From the NCBI GenBank assembly GCA_963804995.1, contig CAWDSK010000006.1, positions 384,001-448,000 of the forward strand: DNA of 64,000 nucleotides, written 5' to 3'. A program made the position numbers and the translations under genes. This DNA is from an uncultured Acidobacteriota bacterium. GTDB taxonomy: Bacteria > Acidobacteriota > Terriglobia > UBA7540. Below, piece after piece: positions 20,125 to 30,117 of the stretch. The notes beneath the pieces were generated by a model, which made no database searches, had not been told where the DNA came from, and saw nothing but the letters and a program-made list of their open reading frames with translations. Numbering within the stretch: position 1 is the first letter of the stretch; each line of letters opens with the position of its first letter.

Positions 20125-23100
20125 TCAATCCGCCCAATCACATAACGATTCAACATAAGCCGCTGAGCCATCGCGAAGCCAGCCATCGAGTTGGGCCGCC
20201 TCCTTGAGCTGTTGCCCCCGCAGCCGCGGGACGGCTACGAAGCGGCAGGACAATTCCGGCAGGCCCGTCATATCGCCCCAGAGCTTTTCAAACTGCGCTA
20301 CGGGCAAGACATCTTCCTGCCCTTTCCCCCAGCGCTTTTTGACGTCCTTCAGCGTAATGTAGGTGGGCATGCGAGCGGCCAGGTTGCGAACCGCGCTGTT
20401 CAAGAGCTCAGAGTTCGTGAGGTCGCCGCGGGCGAGTCCAAGCATGGAAAGGAGCTGGTCGATGTCGATCCAATAGGTCGCGCTGTTGTACCAGGAAAGG
20501 TGCGATTCAATCTCTTCACTCGGCAGCGCGAGACCTTCAATCAGGCGGACGCGGCCATCGATGCGGCCCAACCCGCCACCGCGATCCTCAACTTGCCGGG
20601 CAATCACCTCCGTAGTGAGCGCCGCACCCTGCTCAATGTGGTAACCCAGCAGCCCAGGATCCACGTCGGCTCCCGTAGTATCGATGTTGTGAACCATCAG
20701 GTACTTTAAGCGCGGGCTTTCCTCAAACAGGCGAACCAGTGTGCCGTTGCGGATCAGGTTCGGCACTTCGTACCAGTGTCCGACCGGGTGCAGGCACTGC
20801 ATCGGCACATTATCAGCGTAGCTTGCGCCTTCGCCCATCTGTCGTGCCCAGGCAATCAGCGTGGCGTGCAGGCTGTCACGAACCTTCTGGGCCTGCTCAT
20901 CAAGCATTTGCTGAGGCAACTCTTCCCAGGCAAATCGCAAGTCGCGCTCCATGGGAATCAGACGCAGGCCGATGGAGCGTCCTGGCGATACCAGTAAGGG
21001 ACCGGGGTAGCCATAGTTGCCCGCTGCGCGGAGCTGCGCCTCGATCGCATCGTGCGTCAGGTAACTGGTAGTGATGACATGCGGCAGGGTGACACCTGAA
21101 ATGCGGCTGGTCCGGCGGCTCTTAGCCAAGTGCACTTCGATGAAGCTGCGGTGCCTGCCCCCCAACTTACAAAAAGGATTGAGCGCCTTGACAACCCCCG
21201 CACCTTTCGTCCAACGACTGCCCGCGCCCCCGGCGAAGGAAACCACAGCCACCCTGCCCGCGGCCAGCGCGTCCCTACCGGTTTCCTGATAGGAGGGCGC
21301 CATACCCTGGGTAGCATCAAACAGATCATCCGGGCCGACATCCGTAATCCGACTGCTGATGGGCAGGCGATTCTGCGCCAGCCCCACCCGCCCGCTCCGC
21401 AAGTCCGCCTGGATCTGTTCGTGCTCCATGCGGTCAAACCCATGGGCTTCCAGCAGAGCTTCCAGGCTTTGCGCACGGTCGGCTCCTGGCGCACTCTGGG
21501 GAATGAGGTGCTCAAAGACGTATTGCACCATACCCAGGAATTCCGGCACGTTGTGGCACGCGGCCGTGAAGCGCTCAAGCTCCGCCCGTCGCAGGGGTGA
21601 AAGCAAGCGGGACTCCATGCGCAGGAGGGTGGGCACGCCCTGCTGGTAGTAGCCTGGGGGCATCAACGCAGCGTCACCGCTGAAAAGCACCGCCTCAGTC
21701 CCGCGCTCGTTGACAGCGAAATCGTAGACCACGGGTTCCATGGCGAAAGGTATGGCGTGCTCCATCTGCCGCTTGGTATCGCTCATGATGGCCTGCAGCC
21801 GCTCTTGGGCTGCCGACTTCTGGCCCGGGGCAAACAGGAAGCCCATGCCCCCGCCTGACATGCCGCCGAGCATCCAAAAACCCCAGAAGCTGTCGCCCAT
21901 TTCCGCACGCACGCGGCGGATGAGCGTTTCCGTATAAAGATTGCCTGCCCAAGGAATAATGGATTGAATGGGGCCATCGTAGTTGCGCTGCGTCAGGCGG
22001 CCCAGGGCGCGGAACGTCACCTTTCTTCAGGTTTTCGATGAGCTCATCGAGAATGTGACCAGCTTCGCTGCGGCTCGCCCATTCCCTTTCCGACCGGAGC
22101 AGATATTTCTCCGTCACCATCTCCAGAATCGGACCCACATCCTGCGCCATGCCGCCATGCACGAGTACGAGGCTTTGTTGAAGTTGACTACGGGTCTCCG
22201 GCGAAACGTCCTGACGGCTGAAAATATGATGGTCCGGCAGCAGACGGCCGCGGCTGACTCCGAATTCGGGATCGCCTTCCCCGGCAGCGACCCCGTGGAT
22301 GAGCTTGATTCCCGGCCACACTCCGCCGGAATCCTGCCAGCCTCCTCCCGAGCCGGCCAACCATTCGCCCAGGATGGCGCGCGCGGCCACCAGGCGGCGG
22401 TCGCTCTCTTCGAGACCACCGGTGAGCGCGTGAATCTGGCTCGTGGCGCGCATGCAAACGGAGATCAGGCAGGCCAGCAGGCTGGTCGACACCGCCAGGC
22501 GCGAGCCTCGGGGGATATCGTTCACCTTGCTGACAATCTCAATACCATGGCCGGGCCTGCCCGTCAGATGTAGCAGCACATCAGCGAGGGGTTGAGTAGC
22601 ACCCTCCATCCCCGGTGGCACAATTCCGGAGGCAATCACCGCGGCCTTGAGCAGCCCCAAGTAGTCGCGCGCGAAATCAAAGAGCTCCGCAATCGAGTCG
22701 ATTTCCGCGCTGCTCTTGAGATCCACACTCACTAACCGGAGCACGGGCTGATCGATGACCCGGAGCCAAGCTTCCACGGGCGGCCGGGGTAGGCCGGAGC
22801 CACGCACGCTCAGGTCAATCGAAGTGTTCAGCACGCGGGCGCCTTCCGGAAAGTCCATCCCGAGAAAGAAGATGTCGCTCCATCCGCTGTGGCTCAAGTC
22901 CATGCGGACGGGCGTGGCCTCGCGCAGGATGGGGAAGAGCTCATCCGGGCTCTCACGCGTCAGAAGTTCGGGGCGAATCCGCAGCGGGGCATCCTCAGGG
23001 TGGGCGGCGCGGAACATCCACTGGTTGCCGCGCACCGAGCGCACACTGCGCCGCACCTGGTCAGCCAGAGTCTGAAATCCCAGGGCGCGGTAGCCCGCAG

Positions 23101-23449
23101 CCAAGGCGCTGGAGATGGCCGCGCTCGGGCCGTCAGCAGCTTGTGCGGCGAGGAAAATATCCAGGGCTTCTTCAAAGCGGCGCTTCAGAAGGCTCGTGTA
23201 ACCTGCGAAAGGGATCAGAGAGCGTGTGCCAGCCGACTCTTGCGTGGAAATGTGAAAGCGATGGATGGCGTAGAGGAAGAACAGGGCGCGGACGCGTTCG
23301 TAGAGGTTGTCGCTGCTCCGGCGGAAACGATCGAGCGCCTCGCATTCACGGAGCAAGTCTTCGATGGTTGCGGCGCGCGCCAGTACGTCGAGTGAACGAT
23401 TGCGTGTTTCGGGATCTTTTGCAGTGATGACGCTGGTAAAGGGGCTCAC
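20125..23449 (-). CDS. Large fusion of GHMP-type (fucokinase-like) sugar kinase and UDPGP-family nucleotidyltransferase; one extra base near 22013
   Basis: [21 protein letters not shown] (ORF 21695-23449) join [32 protein letters not shown] (ORF 20125-22020). Removing one base gives ...[16 protein letters not shown]... Confidence 0.78.
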
Positions 23450-24309
23450 CGCTCGCTCCCGGACGAGGGAGTTGACATCTCGCGCTCCGCGAGCAATTCA
23501 AGCAGGTGGGAGAGCACTTCCTCACGGTCCCGGCCGGACAGCGCCAGGGCCAGTTGCGCGGTGAGTAATCCGTAGCGGGCGCCCAGATCATACCGTCGGC
23601 CCGTGACTTCCAGCGCCAGGTACTGTTCCTGCCGGGCGAGTTCGGCGAGCGCCGCCGAGAGCGTGATGGAGCCACTGGGAGCACTTGTCAACATGCGCCC
23701 CAGCAGGTCCATAACGGTGGGTGTCAAAACGTGGGTGCCGAAGAAACACAGATAATAGCCGGCCCGGATACCCGGAACCATGAGTCGCTGTTCGGCTTCG
23801 GTTGGGGTCGGCTTCTCGATCACGGTCTCAACGCGATAAACGCCGGGCCGTCCGGACATGCGGCGTCCGGCCACCGCGCCAAACCGGGGCAGCAAACTTT
23901 CGCGCGTGGGCTGAACTCCGGAGGCTGAGCACGACTCGCTCTCGGCGAGTTCCACCAGGCGCTGCACGCCGGGCCTTGCGGCGCTGACGTACAGGTGATC
24001 TCCCACCATGTGCAAGAAGGGCTCATTGCCGACGAAGTCTCGCGCGCAGTAGAGGGCGTGACCGTATCCGCGCGGGGACTCTTGCGGGATGAACCGCACT
24101 GCGCCGGAGTGATTGCCGGCGGCCTGGGCGTAACGCGTTTCGTCACCGGGCCAGACAATCACGCAAATCTCCCCAATATTCGCAGTGAGGGCCTGCTCAA
24201 TCAGGATGCCGAGAACTGATTTCTCCGCTCCGTCGTGGATGAGAGTCTGCAAGGGAAGCGCCCGTTGATTCGCCCCCGCGGCGGTAATCACTGCCTTTCT
24301 GATCCGCAC
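23446..24309 (-). CDS. GalU-like sugar-phosphate nucleotidyltransferase, divergent N-terminal motif
   Basis: GTG start after [44 protein letters not shown]. 4-bp overlap with the downstream gene. Confidence 0.8.
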   Translation of the reverse strand: MRIRKAVITAAGANQRALPLQTLIHDGAEKSVLGILIEQALTANIGEICVIVWPGDETRYAQAAGNHSGAVRFIPQESPRGYGHALYCARDFVGNEPFLHMVGDHLYVSAARPGVQRLVELAESESCSASGVQPTRESLLPRFGAVAGRRMSGRPGVYRVETVIEKPTPTEAEQRLMVPGIRAGYYLCFFGTHVLTPTVMDLLGRMLTSAPSGSITLSAALAELARQEQYLALEVTGRRYDLGARYGLLTAQLALALSGRDREEVLSHLLELLAEREMSTPSSGSER

Positions 24310-24467
24310 GTTCCATGCTCCTCTTCGGTGATTGTGCCGGGCACTCAGGATTTCATGCGACCTGGGGCCCCATCGCAATTGGTTTACTTGTTGTAATCCT
24401 CAGGCTCCAGGCGGTCCGGGTATTTCTGTTGGCACACCCTATTGAGGCGTGCATTATAGCCATTGTC

Positions 24468-25106
24468 CTACTTACGCACCACCGCAGCGAACTGGTAACC
24501 CTCGTGACAGGCGGGGCCCCAGCAGCCCGGACCCGCCAAGCCACGTCCGCGCATGCCTCCTCCGAGGTACGCCGCCCCGCGCAGAGTTTTCCAGTCCTGC
24601 GACACAGGTCCGAGGGCCACAATCGGAGGAACTTCCTGCTGCTTGTCAGGGTAAGTCGCACCGAAGGCGAGGAGTTCCGGCAACCCGGCAGGACGTAAGT
24701 TGCGTTTGTTGAGCTCACGGAGGATTTCTTCAGACTCCATGCGGCGCCGGTGGATAGGCAGCAGCACCACGTCGACCTTGGAGATGCCGCGGCAGTTCAC
24801 TGGGAAATCGCCGGAGTTGATTTCGAGCTCCCTCCAGTCGTACTTCCCTGCCTTGATCATCTGCTCCACCGTCTGGCTACAATCAACCACCACCGGGAAA
24901 ACCGAGTTTCCGGCTTTTACGGGTGAGGCTGGCGGGTTCTTGTTTTCGTCGCCACCGACGATGCCGGCAACGCGCGCCTCGTTCCTGGTACGCCCGAAAT
25001 TCTCCCGTCCCTGGGCGACGCTCGAAAACCTGATTGAAAATAAAACGGCCAAGCCGAATGCACCGAAGGTGCAGAAAACAATAGTTTTCATTACGACCCC
25101 TTTCAT
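24468..25106 (-). CDS. Hypothetical membrane-anchored or secreted protein
   Basis: N-terminal hydrophobic helix, then QMIKAGKYDW...LRPAGLPELLAFGATYP..Q..PIVALG...FAAVVRK. ATGA overlap with the corrected stop of the upstream gene. Confidence 0.7.
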   Translation of the reverse strand: MKGVVMKTIVFCTFGAFGLAVLFSIRFSSVAQGRENFGRTRNEARVAGIVGGDENKNPPASPVKAGNSVFPVVVDCSQTVEQMIKAGKYDWRELEINSGDFPVNCRGISKVDVVLLPIHRRRMESEEILRELNKRNLRPAGLPELLAFGATYPDKQQEVPPIVALGPVSQDWKTLRGAAYLGGGMRGRGLAGPGCWGPACHEGYQFAAVVRK

Positions 25107-27047
25107 TTCTGTTGACCTGCGCTGGAATCAGGGTTCATCACGGAATCCCAGCGCGCGGCCGCCCGATCGGTGATCTTCCGGAACGTCGGCGGCAATCAAA
25201 AGGCGCGCGCGCACCAGCGTTTCTGCCGCGGCGCCGACCTTCTGCACGTACTCCTCGCGGCTCTGGTAGCGCTCTTCAATCGACAGGCGAGGATCCTGAC
25301 TCTTCTCGCGGTCGGCCCGGGTGCGTGGAAACGGAAGGAACGATCCCACCATGTCATAGGTCACATCGGGCGCGCCAATGGCGGGGTCGCGCAGGTTCCA
25401 ACCGGTAAAAGTCGCGAGCGGAACGATCTGTTCCGGCAGGCGGATACCTGAAATCTCATTGCCATCCGCGTCCACCTGCGGCACCAGAATGGGAAAAGGC
25501 TGCCCGAGCTTGGGCGGCTCGAAAGCGATAATGCCCTTGGTACGGAAATCGGGGCCAAAATCCAGGCGGTAGACGATGTACGGTTCTTTCGGCAAATGCA
25601 CTCCCGGGATTTTCGGGAACGCGAGCGCCGCCCGAGTCACCAGTTGGCGTTTGGCAATCAGGGGCAGCCGCGATTCGGGTGGAGTGGCGCCATTCGTAAT
25701 CCAGGCGTTCATGGCCAGCAGCAGCGCCCGCAGCGCATACCGGTAATCCTGGGGATTCGCCAGGTTTTCAGTATCGTGGCGGACTGGATTCGCATTGGCG
25801 CCGTGCTGCGTACCGGCGATATAGTAAATCCGCGATTCGGGCCCCGGCGCAAAATCGCGCCTGCCGTCAAGCGTGATGTGAGTCAGCGACGCCCCGCGGC
25901 CCCAGTATTCATACGAGCCATTGGTGTAGAAGATCTTGGGCACCACGTGCTGTGCGGTAGCGCGCCCAAGAATCGAATCGGTCACTCCGGAATCGGTCTG
26001 CGGCCGGTCGCTGAAGGGGAAGATGTCGGTCGGGTAAAAGCGATTGAGCCGCGCATGGCCGTCGCGCGAAGGCTGACCGAAACGGATATTGAAGCTGCCA
26101 CGGCCCGCACCGGCTACGTGCGGCCACACACCCTCAAAGACTTGGGATCCCTTTTCGTCCGCGTTGAAGCCATCGTACAGGAAGGTGCGCAGGAAGCGGC
26201 CGCTCTGCGATGAGCCGAAGCCGATAGCCCGTTTCACCGCACCGCTCTGTTTCAGGTACGAGATATAGTCACGGATGGCGGCTGAACCCAGTCCTGTAAC
26301 GACCGGATCCTTGCCTTGGTAAATCACCTCATAGATGCGGCCGGGCACAAAACCCGAATCGAACTCAACGCTCGCGCCGTCTTCAGAAAACCGCCACTGG
26401 CTGCGCGGGACCACAGTGGGCGCGGCAAGGGGATCATCCTGCCAGGTCATGGTTGCAGCGTCGGGGTCAGCAACTGCGTAAGGTGTTTGCGCGCGGTCCC
26501 CCAGTGAAGCGCGCGTGGTGCGCTCGTTGCGAATGATCTCCGCACGCACCGGGCCGGTGATACCTGGAATTCGAGGGGCATCCAGCGCCAGCATGCCGGG
26601 ACGCCTGGGCACATCCCACTCCCAACCGACCCAGACCAGCGTGAATCCCTGCTGGAAAAGCAGCGGATCGCCCAGGTCCTCGGCGGTGTGAGGGTCGGGC
26701 TTGCCGTCCAGATCGAACGTCCCGAGCAGCGACCTGCCACCGCGGTTCGATACCTCAAAAAGCGCGGTCCCGTTGCCCTTTGCCGGATCGACCGGCTTCA
26801 GCATAAACAGGTCTGCCGTAAATTCCACCAGACCCTGGGCGTTGCGCGGGGCAACGTCGATGTCAACAATGATGCGATTGGCGGCGAGCTTGGGGTCGAC
26901 GGCAAAGTGGATTTTCCCGACGATGCGTTCGTAGCCGGGGTAAGCGGGCAATTCGCCGCGCTCGGTGATGTCCACGCGGGTAACCGCCGCGCTGGCGGTG
27001 GCGGTGCATAAGGCGAACAAAATCGCGGCATTAACAAATCGACGCAT
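25103..27047 (-). CDS. Secreted alpha/beta hydrolase domain protein; one extra base near 25183 alters the C-terminus
   Basis: Signal peptide, EVSNRGG, GSSQSGRFLR nucleophile elbow, KIFYTNGSYEYWGR, GTQH, VPQVDADGNE. The corrected frame ends ...ITDRAAARWDSVMNPDSSAGQQK* at 25103. Confidence 0.8.
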
Positions 27048-27143
27048 CGATCATCTTCCCCCGGCTCAAATTTCCGACAGCTTATCATTGCTGTGGCGGA
27101 AAGCAACTTCTGATCGGCAAGGAAGGTGGGGCAATTTGATATC

Positions 27144-27378
27144 GTAGCGGCGAGTTTACCTCGCCATGTGACGGCGTAAGGCCGCCTCTACGTAAGGGCG
27201 GCGTCCCGATCAGGTCGGGACAGTTGGCGAACTGTCGAAGCGTGCGCTGGGGTTGAGGAAGCCTTTCGCCCTCGGGGAACGGCTTGCCGTCAAACCTGAA
27301 AGCGTAGGGGTACCCCTCGTGGGTGCCCTAAGAGGGCCGACTCAGCCCCGGCCAGGGCAGGCACGAGACCGCCCCTAC
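27144..27378. repeat. Cluster of REP elements
   Basis: GTAGCGGCGAGTTTACCTCGCC...CTAC (27144-27191), TCCCGATCAGGTCGGGA mini-palindrome (about 27204-27220), GTAGGGGTACCCCTCGTGGGTGCCC...GCCCCTAC (27304-27378). Confidence 0.8.
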
Positions 27379-27600
27379 GTCTTCCCAGCCCCAACGGGGC
27401 GCAATCGGTCCTGAGGTGGTGTGACCCGGAGGTAGCGCCATTCGTCTGGGGAATTGCATTTGTCAGAAAAGCCCACGGTCACGAGAGGTCGCCGCGGCGA
27501 CACCGTAGCTACGCACTATATCGCGGCACTCAGGGCTGTGGTCCCACTAACGGCACTCCCGAGGCGCGTGCAGCCATACGCAACTCTTTATCGAGCGTCG

Positions 27601-27843
27601 CTAGTGGATCAGGTCCTTGATTTTGAGCCCGCCGAGCCTCACGCCTTTGCGCAATTCCAGAATATCGGCGACGGCCTCAGCGGGAGATTTGGTCGCGGAC
27701 ACAGGATGGAAGGAAATGGACTCTTTTTGCGCGAGGGTTTCCAGTGCCCGCTCGATGACCTCTTCGGGTGAGCGATAAGGACCGCGGGTGAGCTGCTTTT
27801 GCAGCAACGCTTCGCCGTAAGGTGTCAGGCGTATGGTACTCAT
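27601..27843 (-). CDS. Ribbon-helix-helix (ParD/CopG-like) antitoxin-like protein, possibly truncated, no cognate toxin
   Basis: MSTIRLTP...G.YRSPEEVIERAL and C-terminal LGGLKIKDLIH resemble type II antitoxins. Confidence 0.6.
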   Translation of the reverse strand: MSTIRLTPYGEALLQKQLTRGPYRSPEEVIERALETLAQKESISFHPVSATKSPAEAVADILELRKGVRLGGLKIKDLIH

Positions 27844-28062
27844 GAGTAAAGTATACGGGAAGTTTCAAATGCCTCGCAACGAAAAGGCCTTTCGCCGTAG
27901 GGGGAGTCGCCGCGGTGACCCACCCCCTGGTTCCGGATTCACCTTTTCCTTCGCAATTCTCCTCAAGTCATTGGGCTTAAGGGTCGATAAGTGTGTTTTA
28001 CAGGATGTCTGGGCGTTGCCAACCCCGGAACGAATCGGTCATCCACTGGGAGTAGCACCATA

Positions 28063-28698
28063 ATGTCATCAAGGCCAAAACTAAGCGTGTATTGGGCATC
28101 ATCGTGCGACGGTTGCGAAATCGCAATCGTCAACCTGCATGAGAAGTTTCTTAAAGTCGACGAACATTTCGAGCTGGTTTTCTGTCCCTGCCTCATGGAC
28201 ACCAAAAAGGCCGATGTGGAAGCCATGCCGGACGCAAGCATCGCCCTCACGCTTTTCAACGGCGCGATCCGCACGGAGGAGAACGAGGAGATGGCGCATC
28301 TATTGCGGCGGAAGTCGCAATTGCTGGTGGCCTACGGCTCGTGCTCTTCCCAGGGAGGTATCCCGGCGCTCAGTAATTTCCACTCCCGGGACGACCATTT
28401 CCGGGCGATCTATGGTGAGAACCCGAGCCTCGACAATCGCGCCCAAGTGGTTCCAAGGCCTCGCACCGAAGTCCCGGAAGGCGCCTTGGAATTGCCGGTT
28501 TTCTACGAGAGGGTCAGGACCCTGGCGCAATGCGTGAAGGTTGACTACTTCATGCCCGGCTGTCCGCCCGAGTCGCATCAGGTTTGGAACGTCATGGAAG
28601 CTATCATCAGCGGCCAGCCTCTTCCTCCGCCCGGAAGCGTGATTGGCGCGGGAACGTCGAGCGTCTGTGAGGAATGCGCGCGCACCGGAAGTTTCTAA
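28063..28698 (+). pseudogene. mvhG: Group 3 [NiFe]-hydrogenase small subunit (MvhG/VhuG-like), 3'-truncated
   Basis: YWASSCDGCEIA, NGAIR, AYGSC..GGIP, DYFMPGCPP, VCEECAR, then a stop. The medial and distal Fe-S Cys motifs are missing. Confidence 0.82.
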
Positions 28699-28850
28699 AA
28701 AAGGCCACGACGCCTTGGCCCCCGGCGAAAAGGCAATTGACGATTCGTCTCGATGCGGACGTGCTCGAATGGCTCAAGGGTCAGGGCAAGGGCTACCAGA
28801 CGCGCATTAACCGCATTTTGCGCGTTGTGATGGAGAGTCAGCCCCCCAGC
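28686..28850 (+). pseudogene. BrnA-family antitoxin C-terminal fragment
   Basis: KRQLTIRLDADVLEWLKGQGKGYQTRINRILR is the BrnA RHH signature. The N-terminus and brnT are missing. Confidence 0.8.
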
Positions 28851-28907
28851 CAAGTCATCGGTAGAACCTTTTGTGGGTCCTTTGCGCCATGTCGCTGACT
28901 TGCCCGC

Positions 28908-29055
28908 TCCCGAAATGGCCGTGAGGCTGTCGAAGGTTTTCGGAGGCAGTGCCGAAACCTGGCTCACGCAGCAGGCGCACTACGAGCTTGCCCAGGTCCA
29001 CGCCGACCGCATCAAGCTCAAGCGGCTGGAATTGACCGTGGGTGTGTCATCATAG
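28908..29055 (+). pseudogene. HigA-family antitoxin C-terminal fragment
   Basis: PEMAVRLSKVFGGSAETWLTQQAHYEL matches the HigA C-terminal half. The HTH N-terminus is missing. Confidence 0.78.
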
Positions 29056-29172
29056 GAAAGGCCCACGGGCACGAGAGTGCTGACGGTGGCCCCCTTTTCT
29101 CGCCGACCACACCCATCGCTAAAGCCGCGACGCACCTGTCCCGGCGTGCGAGGATACATCACCCCGCCACTT

Positions 29173-29201
29173 TTGACAAAGCACCCGTAGGAACTTAGAC
29201 T
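29173..29201 (+). promoter_or_regulatory. Sigma70-type promoter
   Basis: TTGACA (29173-29178), 17-bp spacer, TAGACT (29196-29201). Confidence 0.65.
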
Positions 29202-29207
29202 AAAGTG

Positions 29208-29456
29208 ATGAGGAAGAATACCCAAGAACAATTGCGCTGCTTTGTAAATCTGCCGGACGGTTCGCAGCGCTTGTTTCCTACAGCGACCGAAATCCGGGAG
29301 ACGGAGGGCGGGGGGATCGAAATTATGAATGACTGGATCTTCCTCGACAGCTTTCGTAGGGGCGAGTTTTTGGGATATTGGATGAATCCCCAGTTTCTCA
29401 GAGCACACACAAAAAAGGCCGGCCGGGGTAGGCGGGCACCAAGACGGCGGAGGTAG
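29208..29456 (+). CDS. Small hypothetical protein with Arg-rich tail, probably leaderless
   Basis: ATG 7 nt after the -10 box, no RBS. 82 aa ending GRGRRAPRRRR. Confidence 0.55.
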   Translation: MRKNTQEQLRCFVNLPDGSQRLFPTATEIRETEGGGIEIMNDWIFLDSFRRGEFLGYWMNPQFLRAHTKKAGRGRRAPRRRR

Positions 29457-29483
29457 CGGCTGGAATTGGCTTAGGCAGGGTGT

Positions 29484-29939
29484 ATGACTGAAATTATTGC
29501 GGTTGTTTCTGCCAGTGCCACCGTGATCGGCCTTTACTTCGCATTTCAGCACCAGAGAAACGAACAATTAAAGATCCGGCTCGATGCTTACCCTAAGAAA
29601 GTGGCCATATTCAAGTGCACCGAGGAGTTTCTGGGTAGGGCTTGGACCGGCAACTACGCGTACATGCCCGCTCTCCTTGCAGAGTTCCACAACTGCACAA
29701 AGGAGGCCCGTTTTCTATTCGACAAGAAAATTGCTGATTATCTCGACTCCGTGTATGAAGGGGTGGAGCGCTATTTGCACTTACAAACAAGGATGGAAAT
29801 AGAGGGCGATTCGATGGGCTTTGACGAGAAGCGAGTATTGCAAGATCAAGTCTTCGCCTCGCGTCACTGGGTAGGCCAGCAATACATGCACCTGAAAGAA
29901 CGCTTCGCGAAGTATCTCGATTTAAGCGGGCTTCAGTGA
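29484..29939 (+). CDS. Hypothetical protein with N-terminal transmembrane helix
   Basis: 151-aa ORF with hydrophobic IIAVVSASATVIGLYFAF followed by a helical domain (KIRLD, EARFLF, FAKYL). Confidence 0.7.
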   Translation: MTEIIAVVSASATVIGLYFAFQHQRNEQLKIRLDAYPKKVAIFKCTEEFLGRAWTGNYAYMPALLAEFHNCTKEARFLFDKKIADYLDSVYEGVERYLHLQTRMEIEGDSMGFDEKRVLQDQVFASRHWVGQQYMHLKERFAKYLDLSGLQ

Positions 29940-30117
29940 GCTGCGCCACGCCGGAGATCCTCACCGTTGCGCAAAGTGGGAAGTTACAAGCGCGGCGATT
30001 ACAGTTCGAACGGCGCCTGAGGTCCTATCACCCATTTTGAATTCCGCCTCTTCAACTTGTTTCGGCGAGTAGCGCGGACCGGTTGGTAAGGTCCACGGCT
30101 CTTAACAGGAAGAATCT

